64,000 nucleotides of DNA from assembly GCA_002504905.1 (NCBI GenBank), contig DATY01000013.1, positions 76,688-140,687 of the forward strand. The letters run 5' to 3'. Position 1 is the stretch's first letter, and the number at the start of each line of letters is the position of its first letter. This DNA is from Euryarchaeota archaeon UBA605 (GTDB lineage: Archaea; Thermoplasmatota; Poseidoniia; Poseidoniales; Thalassarchaeaceae). The notes beneath the pieces are model-generated. The model ran no database searches. It saw nothing but the letters and a program-made list of their open reading frames with translations, and was not told the origin of the DNA. Shown here in pieces: positions 9,233 to 18,268 of this stretch. The position numbers were made by a program, and so were the translations under genes.

Positions 9233-10372
9233 TCATGAAGATCTATTTCTGTGCGATTTACCAGTTCCTCTATGTCCGATTATTCTTGGGGCTTCCCAGG
9301 GTAAACTCGATGATGAAGTTTCTTTTATTAATGATTCAATACTTCTCTCCCAAGACCATCTTTTCTTCCAATTAGATATGAAATCTAACCTTTCGCTGTT
9401 AGAAAGTTCATGCCAGGGAGGGATCTCTTTTTTCATTTCATTAACTTTGTTTAGATGTTGGTCGATTGGAGTGTCGTCTAATTCTTTTCGCTGTTTAATT
9501 GTTAGAGGTTGTGTAGCTGGTTTTGTCCATCTCGCGTGGCCCGAATCAAGAGTCACTGAAGTCGGAGCAAGATCATCCGTAAGTCCAGTTAACCCTGCAT
9601 CCAGTAACATTCTTTCAGCATTCGATTTAGAAGGCCAGACATAAATCGGATATCCTTTCCTAAATTTTGTCAGTCTTTCTAATTTCTTCCCTTGTAGACC
9701 AACTGTTCTACCTAAACTTAGGTTACTTTCAATTCCTTTGAGATATTGTAAAGAGCAAGGTAACATTGGAGATTTTTCTCTTCTTTGCTTTTCCATTAGT
9801 CTGGGTAGTGAATTTAGAATAAATGATGGAGTAGCAACGATTCTCTGTGATGTCCAATTACCCCATGAACGTATATTTGGCCTTAATCTACTAAATTTCA
9901 AATTAGTTTTCACTTTTTTAGATGCCGATATAATCTTCGGTTCAAACGAATAAATAACTGCGCCACTATCTGGTAAATCAATAGGTTCTAAGATTTCATT
10001 TAATTGTTCAATCATCTTAATCATATGTTTTTCTCTTTCATTTCCATTTAACCAACCTCCCGCTTTACCACTACTTGGATGTGGGGTCTTAAATTCAAAA
10101 CATGTGAATGCTCCCTCTTCAGTCCATCTTCTAATGAATTCTTTTTTCTCTAATAAATCATCTATTGGCTCTACATAATCAGGTAATTCATCCAACGTCA
10201 AACATTCGGGATATTCTCCAAATTCGGTTTTTGAATCATGATGGAGAACAAGTCGATTATCTTCCGATAATCTCAAATCTAATTCTACTCCATCGCATTC
10301 ACTCATTCCATAAACTAATGCTTCAACAGTATTTTCTCTGGGACGAATCCATTGACCATAATCTTCGTCCAT
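9233..10372 (-). CDS. Glycerophosphodiester phosphodiesterase family protein, circularly permuted
   Basis: Starts with RENT..A...GVELDLRLSEDNRLVLHHD, has FEFK and GLTDD, while the IIGHRG motif lies at the C-terminus. Confidence 0.8.
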   Translation of the reverse strand: MDEDYGQWIRPRENTVEALVYGMSECDGVELDLRLSEDNRLVLHHDSKTEFGEYPECLTLDELPDYVEPIDDLLEKKEFIRRWTEEGAFTCFEFKTPHPSSGKAGGWLNGNEREKHMIKMIEQLNEILEPIDLPDSGAVIYSFEPKIISASKKVKTNLKFSRLRPNIRSWGNWTSQRIVATPSFILNSLPRLMEKQRREKSPMLPCSLQYLKGIESNLSLGRTVGLQGKKLERLTKFRKGYPIYVWPSKSNAERMLLDAGLTGLTDDLAPTSVTLDSGHARWTKPATQPLTIKQRKELDDTPIDQHLNKVNEMKKEIPPWHELSNSERLDFISNWKKRWSWERSIESLIKETSSSSLPWEAPRIIGHRGTGKSHRNRSS

Positions 10373-10468
10373 ATCTCTTGCGAGAGATTATCTAATAATT
10401 AATTAAGCGTTTCTACAAGACTAATCCGCCCCAACGCTAAATAGTAAAAAAGTCAACGCGAGCCTAGT

Positions 10469-12274
10469 ATGAGCATGTCAGATACAATAGAACTTGACCG
10501 AGAATCAGATCCAATAGAAGTTAGAGGTTACGCTTTTTACGATTGGGCTAAATCAGCATTTGAGACCTCTGTAACCGTTGCAGTATTGCCTGCATGGTAT
10601 GCATATCTCTTCTTGAAGGCTAATGGATTAACAACAACCATTGGTTCTATAGAGATGCAAGGGGATGCTGTTTGGTCATTTGCAGTGGCAATTGGTACAC
10701 TTTTTATTGCAATCATTAGTCCATCTTTGGGTGTGATTGCTGATAGAAGAAGAATCAAGATGTGGTGGTTAAGAATACTCACCTATGTAGGTGCAGGTTC
10801 AACTTTCCTTCTAGCATTCGCTCCACTTTTACCTATTGAAACTCAGTGGGTATGGCTAATGGTATTCTTCATGCTAGCTAACGTAGGCCTCAATGGGGCT
10901 GGTGTATTCTACAATGCTCTTCTCCCACATATGGGTAAAGATGATGAGATGGATAGAATTTCTAATTTAGCATTTGCATATGGTTATCTCGGCGGAGGAA
11001 TTTTACTTCTGGTTCATCTTATTATGGTAATGACATTAACTGGAGATTGGGTAATTCCTTTCGTTATGGCTTCATCAGGTATATGGTGGTATAGTTTCGC
11101 TTTATTGACATTCAAATGGGTTCCTGAACCGCCAATTGAGAATGAGATGCCATCTTTAGGATTCGTTTCATCGGCAAAATTAGCAATTTCTGAGATTAAA
11201 AAAACTATTAGTGAAGTTGAAAAATTTAGAACACTCTTCATTTACATGCTAGCATACTTCTTCTTCATTGATGGAATTAATAGTGTGACTGCTCTTGGAG
11301 GTGTATTTGGATCAACTGTACTTGGAATAACAACTGTCGACTTGATTATTACAATTTTAGCAATTCAATTTGTAGCTTGGCCATCAGCATTATTGTTCAC
11401 TAGACTTGCAAGAAAATTGGGCACTAAATCTGCATTAAATATTTCTCTTGTTGGATGGGTTATACTTTGTTTTGCAGCCCTTTCTTTCGCTCCTCTCGAG
11501 TATTCTGATCATGCCGACTATCAAGTTCAATTACATGAAGAACCTGAAGAAGGAGTTTGGTACTTTACTCCTCATGAAAATCTACTTGATTTCCCTATAG
11601 CTCAGATTGAAGGTGGGGATGAGCAAGAGTGGGCAAAATTAAGTCTTGCAGGAATTGTTGAAGTCGATGAAGACTACACTGATACAGAAATTTACAAATG
11701 GGCTGGATTCAATGACGACAATGAACCTATAGCGATTAATTTAGGGGCACTAGGTTCAGATATAAATGATATAATTAATTCATTTGAAGATACTAGATTT
11801 TCTGTAAGCGCTATTTATGGTGATATGAGCGAAATTTCTGTTGTTGGCATAGACCATCCAACAAATCTAGGAGATGGTGTAATTGATATCATTCCGAGTA
11901 CAGTTAGAGATAAAGTTTGGGAACCTCTTGGCCTTACAGTTGGTCTACAATTCTTAATCCTAGGTTGTGCAATGGGTACATTGCTTGGCGGTTCTCAAGG
12001 GCTAGCAAGAAGTATGTTTGGTCAAATGGTTCCAGAAACTAGAAGTGCTGAATTCTTTGGTTTCTTTGGTTTCTTTGGAAAAGTTGCAGCATTCATCGGA
12101 CCATTGTTGTATGGTTTAATGACAGTAATGTTTGATAGTAGAGTTGGAATCTTATCTATAGCAATGCTAATCCTAATTGGAGCAGTAATGATGCGAATGG
12201 TTGATCTTGAGCAAGGACGCTTAGATGCACAAGCAGAAGATGCTAAAAATAGAGGAATTCAAACTGAAGATTGA
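10469..12274 (+). CDS. MFS transporter (UMF1/Atg22-like) with large inserted soluble loop
   Basis: YDWAKSAF, FYNALLP, FFIDG, GGSQGLARSMF...AEFFGFF...GP motifs of the UMF1 family. Confidence 0.88.
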   Translation: MSMSDTIELDRESDPIEVRGYAFYDWAKSAFETSVTVAVLPAWYAYLFLKANGLTTTIGSIEMQGDAVWSFAVAIGTLFIAIISPSLGVIADRRRIKMWWLRILTYVGAGSTFLLAFAPLLPIETQWVWLMVFFMLANVGLNGAGVFYNALLPHMGKDDEMDRISNLAFAYGYLGGGILLLVHLIMVMTLTGDWVIPFVMASSGIWWYSFALLTFKWVPEPPIENEMPSLGFVSSAKLAISEIKKTISEVEKFRTLFIYMLAYFFFIDGINSVTALGGVFGSTVLGITTVDLIITILAIQFVAWPSALLFTRLARKLGTKSALNISLVGWVILCFAALSFAPLEYSDHADYQVQLHEEPEEGVWYFTPHENLLDFPIAQIEGGDEQEWAKLSLAGIVEVDEDYTDTEIYKWAGFNDDNEPIAINLGALGSDINDIINSFEDTRFSVSAIYGDMSEISVVGIDHPTNLGDGVIDIIPSTVRDKVWEPLGLTVGLQFLILGCAMGTLLGGSQGLARSMFGQMVPETRSAEFFGFFGFFGKVAAFIGPLLYGLMTVMFDSRVGILSIAMLILIGAVMMRMVDLEQGRLDAQAEDAKNRGIQTED

Positions 12275-13068
12275 GATGTTGTAAAAAATTTATCGATCAA
12301 CAGTGCAACTTCCAATAATAATACAATTGGTCCTCCCACTAAGAACATTGAAATCGGGTCTGGAGGTGACAGTACAGCTCCTAGCAATAGTGCAAAAAAC
12401 CAGATTAATCCTCTATTTTCAGTCAAACTTGATCTACTAATTATCCCAGTTCTTAATAGTAATAATGTCACTAAAGGTGTTTGAAAACTCATTATAGATC
12501 CAAAGAAGAGACCTATAACAAATCCTAACCATGACTGTAATTGCCAAGTATTAGTTAATCCAACATTACTTGCATCATTTGCTAGAAAATCTAGAAGCAT
12601 TGGAATTAGTATATTATGAGCATAAATAGCCCCAATTATTCCTAGTCCAATCGAAGAAAGGGATACTAAAAATAAAATCAAAATTTTAGATTTTTTTTGG
12701 TTAATCTTTTCTGTATTGGATTTATTAATAATTTTACTTCCATTCCATGACATGTCTATAATTATCATAGTAAATGCCATTGCTATCGCTATCTGTGTTG
12801 CAATTCTTAATCGTAGTAAGATCACTTCCATAGGCTGAATAATAATTAATTCAACTCCCTCGGGAAGGTATCCGTTTGCTTGTAAAAACCAACTAATTAT
12901 ATCTCCTGAGATAGGATAACCTAATGCTAAACCAAAGATAAAGATACCAAAAATTAGAGTAATTCTACCTCTTAGATATCTAACTAGATTTACAAATTCA
13001 GCCATAGGGATAATGTCCCTCTGCCTGCCTTCCATGTAACTGCGTAGGCGTTCAGTTACTGAATACAT
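12259..13068 (-). CDS. tatC: Twin-arginine translocase subunit TatC
   Basis: Six TM segments, QPME, FQTPL and LSPPDPIS motifs. The ATG at 13068 removes the overlap with the upstream GTPase. Confidence 0.82.
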   Translation of the reverse strand: MYSVTERLRSYMEGRQRDIIPMAEFVNLVRYLRGRITLIFGIFIFGLALGYPISGDIISWFLQANGYLPEGVELIIIQPMEVILLRLRIATQIAIAMAFTMIIIDMSWNGSKIINKSNTEKINQKKSKILILFLVSLSSIGLGIIGAIYAHNILIPMLLDFLANDASNVGLTNTWQLQSWLGFVIGLFFGSIMSFQTPLVTLLLLRTGIISRSSLTENRGLIWFFALLLGAVLSPPDPISMFLVGGPIVLLLEVALLIDKFFTTSQSSV

Positions 13069-13082
13069 CGCTGATAGATTTT

Positions 13083-14198
13083 CTATCTTCTCAGTATTAT
13101 TGAGAGAATATCTCCATCTTTTAGAAGGTGATCTAGACCCACTCTTTGCCAATCGAATTTACCGCTCGGCCCTTTAACTCTTGCATATCTAAATTTTCTT
13201 ACGAAATCCCTATGTAATTTTACACAAACATCTCTTACTGTAGATGTATCTTTGATAATCAGTGGCTCTACTAAATCAGCTTCTTGACCTTGAGGCTTCA
13301 GAAAAATAGACATGAAACGTAAATTTTCAAATACAAAATCTTTCATATTCACAATACCTTTTCCTGTTTTTGCTGATACTTCAAGTACTGGCCAATTGAG
13401 TGGGATCATTTCCATAGTTCTTTGAATATCTTTTTCATTTGCTAAATCCACCTTATTAATTACCACGACTGCATTGCTGTAAACTCTATTTCCTGCCAAC
13501 GTGTCTACGATATGATCATCTGTCACATCTGTTCTCAATGTAACGGTTGCAGAAACAATTCCAAAACTTCTTACAATTTCTTGAATCTCTTCATGAGTTA
13601 GATTTGTTTGTTTAACTGTGGATCTAACAACGATACCACCTTTATTTGATCTTGTAATGAATACCTGAGGTTTCTTTTGGTTTAATCTCATACCTGCTCT
13701 CCATAATTCTAAGTCTAATATGTCGAAGTGAGATTCTTGGAACGGATCAAGAACGTATAATACCATATCTGCCCCTCTAATTACATTAAGAATCTCTTTC
13801 CCTCTACCTTTTCCTTCTGCTGCTCCTTTGATTAATCCTGGCAAATCAAGAATTTGTATCTTAGCACCTTTATGTTCCATCAAACCTGGAATACAAGTCA
13901 GTGTCGTAAATGCAAAATTTCCTACTTCTGATTCCACTTCTGTCAACTGAGATATAAGGCTTGATTTTCCAACGCTTGGAAAGCCCACTAATGCTACAGA
14001 GGCATCTCCTGATTTCTTAACTTCGAAACCTGGCCCGCCTCCACTAGATTTAGCGTGAGCCTGTGCTTTTTCTTTTCGCGCTTTAAGTGCTGCAATTTTA
14101 GCCTTCAATTTTCCAATATGGGCATTTGTAGCTTTATTTTTTTGCGTTTTTCCAATTTCTTCTTCCAGAGATTTGATTTGCTCATCGATTGTTGCCAT
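13083..14198 (-). CDS. DRG/OBG-family GTPase with TGS domain
   Basis: TQKNKATNAHIGKLKAK, GFPSVGKS, FTTL, DLPG, NKVD and a C-terminal TGS domain. Confidence 0.93.
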   Translation of the reverse strand: MATIDEQIKSLEEEIGKTQKNKATNAHIGKLKAKIAALKARKEKAQAHAKSSGGGPGFEVKKSGDASVALVGFPSVGKSSLISQLTEVESEVGNFAFTTLTCIPGLMEHKGAKIQILDLPGLIKGAAEGKGRGKEILNVIRGADMVLYVLDPFQESHFDILDLELWRAGMRLNQKKPQVFITRSNKGGIVVRSTVKQTNLTHEEIQEIVRSFGIVSATVTLRTDVTDDHIVDTLAGNRVYSNAVVVINKVDLANEKDIQRTMEMIPLNWPVLEVSAKTGKGIVNMKDFVFENLRFMSIFLKPQGQEADLVEPLIIKDTSTVRDVCVKLHRDFVRKFRYARVKGPSGKFDWQRVGLDHLLKDGDILSIILRR

Positions 14199-14317
14199 AA
14201 TTAATCTCCCCTTCGCAACCGATGCTCATGTGACTGGCCCAGTCATCTATTCTTCAATTGAATGCCTAACCGATAGTTCATTGTGTACTTCTCTTTGGCT
14301 AGGCCCGAGGTACGGAC

Positions 14318-14995
14318 ATGGCAGATGTAATTCTAAATCTTGTTCATCATTCTAATTTTAAAAAATTAGTATCATTACCCCTTCAAGAATTATTTGAAAA
14401 AGTAGAAGATAGCTCATTGAGAAATTATCGACCTGAATTAGATAATCGATTCCATAGAGATTTTGATGTTGATTTAGAAGGAGATATAATGGAATGGTCT
14501 GATAAAACTCCAGGTCTAGTATTATCTGATAATTTATATTCTCAACCAATTAAAGAATCAGAAATTGCTGAATTAACAATTCTTTTGGCGAAATGGTGTT
14601 CATTTTCGGAATGGCGTTGCTGGGATGCTCGTCTCTTTTTGTATGTTGAACCTATGTTGAAATACAATATTTCTAGTCCTAATGAATTCCTTAATTTTTC
14701 ATTATGGAATGATTTCATGAATTCGCTATCGAAAACTGATAGGAGATCCTACTCGGAATCAGTGGTTCTTGATTGGATGAGTAGGAGAGAAGAATTAGGG
14801 GAAACAATGGAGCCTTCCGAGGATCCTAGAATATTGCCTACTATGAATTCTCATAGAACTTCCAGTGAATCATTACACATATTTCTCAATAGTTTTGACT
14901 CAAAAGATATTAGTTTACTTATTGGTCGGGAATATTTAGAACATGAGTTATGGAGTCTTAATGGAAATTTTTTATACGGAGTGAAGGTGGATTAA
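14318..14995 (+). CDS. Hypothetical protein
   Basis: 225-aa ORF, co-oriented and 2 nt upstream of nadM. Confidence 0.6.
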   Translation: MADVILNLVHHSNFKKLVSLPLQELFEKVEDSSLRNYRPELDNRFHRDFDVDLEGDIMEWSDKTPGLVLSDNLYSQPIKESEIAELTILLAKWCSFSEWRCWDARLFLYVEPMLKYNISSPNEFLNFSLWNDFMNSLSKTDRRSYSESVVLDWMSRREELGETMEPSEDPRILPTMNSHRTSSESLHIFLNSFDSKDISLLIGREYLEHELWSLNGNFLYGVKVD

Positions 14996-14997
14996 GA

Positions 14998-15612
14998 ATG
15001 TCAAAATTACCTTTAATTCCACCCCCACCATCTGATTTTCCTGATTCTGGTTTTGTAGTTCTAGGGCGTTTCCAACCATTTCACAAAGGACATGCCGCAA
15101 TGATAATCGCTGCCGAAGAGATTCGTTTAGAAAATTACCCAGAATTGAAATTAATTATCGCAATTGGCTCTTCAAACAGAACTCAGACGCTAAAAAATCC
15201 TTGGTCCGAAACTGAAAGAATCGAGATGATAATGTATTGGCTTGAAAATGAAGCGAATTTCGATGCCACAATCGTATCTATTCCTGATATTGAAGATCCT
15301 CCAAATTGGGTTAGCCATGCAGAAAGATATCATGGAAAGTCTGGAGTATTGTTCAGTAGCGATATCAATACTTGTGAATTATATCAGGCATCAAAATGGT
15401 CGGTAATTTCAACCTCACTAATTGAAAGAGAGAGATTTGAAGGATGGAGAGTACGTGAGACAGCTAGAATGCTTTCTACAATAAATGACGAAGATGCTAT
15501 CAAAATGATTTTAGGACAATCTGTTCCGAAATCAATTATTGTTTTCTTAATTGAAAATGACTATCTAAAAAGACTAGCATTTTTGGGAGAAGGTGGAGAA
15601 CCTGTAGGTTAA
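14998..15612 (+). CDS. nadM: Nicotinamide-nucleotide adenylyltransferase (NadM type)
   Basis: GRFQPFHKGH, IAIGSSN, KNPWS..ER and IPDI...PNW motifs. Confidence 0.85.
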   Translation: MSKLPLIPPPPSDFPDSGFVVLGRFQPFHKGHAAMIIAAEEIRLENYPELKLIIAIGSSNRTQTLKNPWSETERIEMIMYWLENEANFDATIVSIPDIEDPPNWVSHAERYHGKSGVLFSSDINTCELYQASKWSVISTSLIERERFEGWRVRETARMLSTINDEDAIKMILGQSVPKSIIVFLIENDYLKRLAFLGEGGEPVG

Positions 15613-17675
15613 TTTTCTATTAGATCTTCGGGACTAAAATCACAATATCCGTTACAAGTATCTATAATTGTTCCATCGGATAGGAAATTGAATGCCATTT
15701 CCCTGGCTATTGGTAAAACACCTATTGCATCATGTGCTGGATGAGGCTCTTCACCGTATTCATTTCCTACTGGAGCTTGCAGGTATCCTCCATCAAAGAA
15801 TACTCCTACTGATCCTACATGCCCCTCATCTACAATATTGATTCCATAGGGTGTAATTGTTGATGAATTGAGTAAAGCGATATCGCCCGTTCTCATCATT
15901 CTTGCTGACGAGATATTAGAAATCTGTAAGTCAGAAATTGAAAATAAAGTCATCAATTCGAATGGTTGTATTTGATCATTGAAACCCCCTTTCCTCAAAC
16001 TCAAGAATGTGTCTGTTTCAGTCGAATCCCAAAGTGACTGCATTATTGACATTGCAACTGCTCTGTCTAATTGATTATCATATCCATATTCACTAGCGAA
16101 AACAAAATAGAATTTATCAAATTGTGTACATCTCTCAATAATATGTGAAAATGATGAACCTCCTGCCCACAATACTCCTCTATTCAAATCAGGAGATAAT
16201 CCAATTATTGAAGGCCCCCTCAAAGCCCCATTTGAATATCCAGTGTAAGTTGGATTTGTTGTGTTTACCATCTTCGTACCTTCTTCACCATTGTAAAAAT
16301 CAGGTAAATCAGAGCAGACTCCCATGAATGTTTTTATCATGACAACCTGATTAATCATTGCCTGCTCCAATCTTTCAGCCTGATGTTGGAAGTAGTGCAT
16401 GTTTAAAACAGCATATTCAACGCTTGCGAAATCATCATCTGCCCACCCATAAAAACTAGTTCCTAACATTGCAACATTATTTTCATTAGCCCATCCGCTG
16501 AGGCTATTTGTATTCCCATTTCCTAGGAATCCATGGCCCCAAATTATCAAATCAGCAGGTTCTTGACTTTCTACAGCAGAATATGGTATGACTAACCAGA
16601 ATGGAATCTCCCTATTTTCCACGAAAACCGGAGTTCTATCTTCTGCGGATGTTCTCCTAATTAGAGTCGGAGGAAAGAACGATTCTGTATATTGAGGTGC
16701 AGTAAAGGTTCCAGTAATCAGCCAGTGACTCGCATTCCCTCCTTTAGTTTTCATTTCATTAGATTCTATCGTACATCCTATCCCATTTCCAGTTCTCTCT
16801 AAAGCATCGTTCCTCATTGAAATCAGAGGTCCGATAATTGATTCAGTTGAAGAGGTGTGAAAACTCCAAGCGGTTTGTAGTTGATTAATTGAAATATCAG
16901 TATTTACTTCTATCCAAGAGAATAAATTTTGAAACGTAGATCTTCTATTTTCAATATCTAAGGATGAAGTAATTACTTGATCTCTTAATGCAGCAAAGCC
17001 TTCTGGAGTAGGGACTAATTCTCCATTCTCATCTGTTAAACCTGATATGATCACTACATATGGCGTATTATGTTCCAATGCTTTGATTGTTCTAATGTGA
17101 AGTATAGTCGGCTGATCAATCTCAGATCTTACATCAAGTTCTACCCAGTGAGGGACCAATTCTCCTGTTAATTTATTCATTAAAACTGTAGAGTGTCCGC
17201 TTTCCAAGCTTTTTGAAATACTATATTGTCCTGCTAATTGTGAGACATCAGGTTCTTTAGTAAAAGCAGTCATAATTTGTGTATTAGGACTTGCTCCATC
17301 CATCTGATTCAAAATTGGTATCTCTATAGGGTCAACTGTTCCTGAACCCGGTATAGTATTCGAAGAATAATGAATTCTCTTACCTGTAACTGTAGTTTGA
17401 TCATCAACTAGAAAAGCATCAGAAGGGAAAGGTAGCATACAATGAATTGAATTTGTATTATCACAACCATCAATATGTGGGATTTCAAGAATTTCCTGAG
17501 GCTCTTCGTACAAACAGCTTTCATCATCAATTGTAGCATTTTGATTGTAATTTAGTGCATTTGAATCAGTACAACCCAAAATTTCGAAAACCTCATCAGT
17601 TATCTCATCGTTAACAGCAGTACATCCCGAGAGCACCATGGATATACATAATAAAATCACGAGAATTCTATTCAT
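15609..17675 (-). CDS. Lipoprotein, alpha/beta-hydrolase with virulence-factor-lipase-like N-terminal domain
   Basis: Lipobox LSGC, GCTDSNALNYNQNATIDDESC motif, LPFPSD..L, oxyanion-type WGHGFLG, nucleophile elbow GYSNG, C-terminal PAHD. Confidence 0.7.
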   Translation of the reverse strand: MNRILVILLCISMVLSGCTAVNDEITDEVFEILGCTDSNALNYNQNATIDDESCLYEEPQEILEIPHIDGCDNTNSIHCMLPFPSDAFLVDDQTTVTGKRIHYSSNTIPGSGTVDPIEIPILNQMDGASPNTQIMTAFTKEPDVSQLAGQYSISKSLESGHSTVLMNKLTGELVPHWVELDVRSEIDQPTILHIRTIKALEHNTPYVVIISGLTDENGELVPTPEGFAALRDQVITSSLDIENRRSTFQNLFSWIEVNTDISINQLQTAWSFHTSSTESIIGPLISMRNDALERTGNGIGCTIESNEMKTKGGNASHWLITGTFTAPQYTESFFPPTLIRRTSAEDRTPVFVENREIPFWLVIPYSAVESQEPADLIIWGHGFLGNGNTNSLSGWANENNVAMLGTSFYGWADDDFASVEYAVLNMHYFQHQAERLEQAMINQVVMIKTFMGVCSDLPDFYNGEEGTKMVNTTNPTYTGYSNGALRGPSIIGLSPDLNRGVLWAGGSSFSHIIERCTQFDKFYFVFASEYGYDNQLDRAVAMSIMQSLWDSTETDTFLSLRKGGFNDQIQPFELMTLFSISDLQISNISSARMMRTGDIALLNSSTITPYGINIVDEGHVGSVGVFFDGGYLQAPVGNEYGEEPHPAHDAIGVLPIAREMAFNFLSDGTIIDTCNGYCDFSPEDLIEN

Positions 17676-17700
17676 ATCCTAACCAATAGAACTTTAGTTA

Positions 17701-18225
17701 TCAATTTTGGTCTTCAGTAACAATAACTTTGACCGGCCTTAAAACACGTTCATGGAACATATATCCCTGTTCAATTACTTCGATAACTGTGCCCGGTTCC
17801 TTTCCTTCGGGGGCAGGAATTACTGCAATTGCTTCCATGAATGAGGGGTTGAATACTTTATCTAAAGCATCAATCTTTTCTACTCCCTCATTTTCTAGAA
17901 CTAACTTCAATGTCTTCGCAGTCAAGTTAACTCCTTCAATAAATTTTTCTGATTCGCTATTCTCGATCGAAATTGCTTTTTCTAAATTATCCAATACTGG
18001 GAGTATTTTTGAAGCCAAATTCATACCTGAGAACTTCATCAAGGTATTTCTCTCCCTGGCATATCTTTGTCTTAGATTTACTAATTCAGCGGCAGAATAT
18101 TGTTTCTCTTTCTCTAATTCCTCAATTTTTCCCTCAAGAATTATTATTGGGTCTACAATTTCAATTTCATCTGATTTTTCTTCCTCAGATAACTCCTCAA
18201 TAGACTCGTCACCCTCTTCTGTCAT
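17701..18225 (-). CDS. grpE: Nucleotide exchange factor GrpE
   Basis: AELVNLRQR, LPVLDNLEKA, FNPSFMEA and QGYMFHERVLRPVKVIV motifs. Confidence 0.93.
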   Translation of the reverse strand: MTEEGDESIEELSEEEKSDEIEIVDPIIILEGKIEELEKEKQYSAAELVNLRQRYARERNTLMKFSGMNLASKILPVLDNLEKAISIENSESEKFIEGVNLTAKTLKLVLENEGVEKIDALDKVFNPSFMEAIAVIPAPEGKEPGTVIEVIEQGYMFHERVLRPVKVIVTEDQN

Positions 18226-18268
18226 GACCCTTGGTTTCAATCATCCTTCAAGAATCCGATGGTCCAAG

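Noticed and set aside
13069-13152. Apparent N-terminal extension of TatC overlapping the GTPase gene
   Set aside because: An ATG at 13068 just after the GTPase stop explains the gene without overlap.
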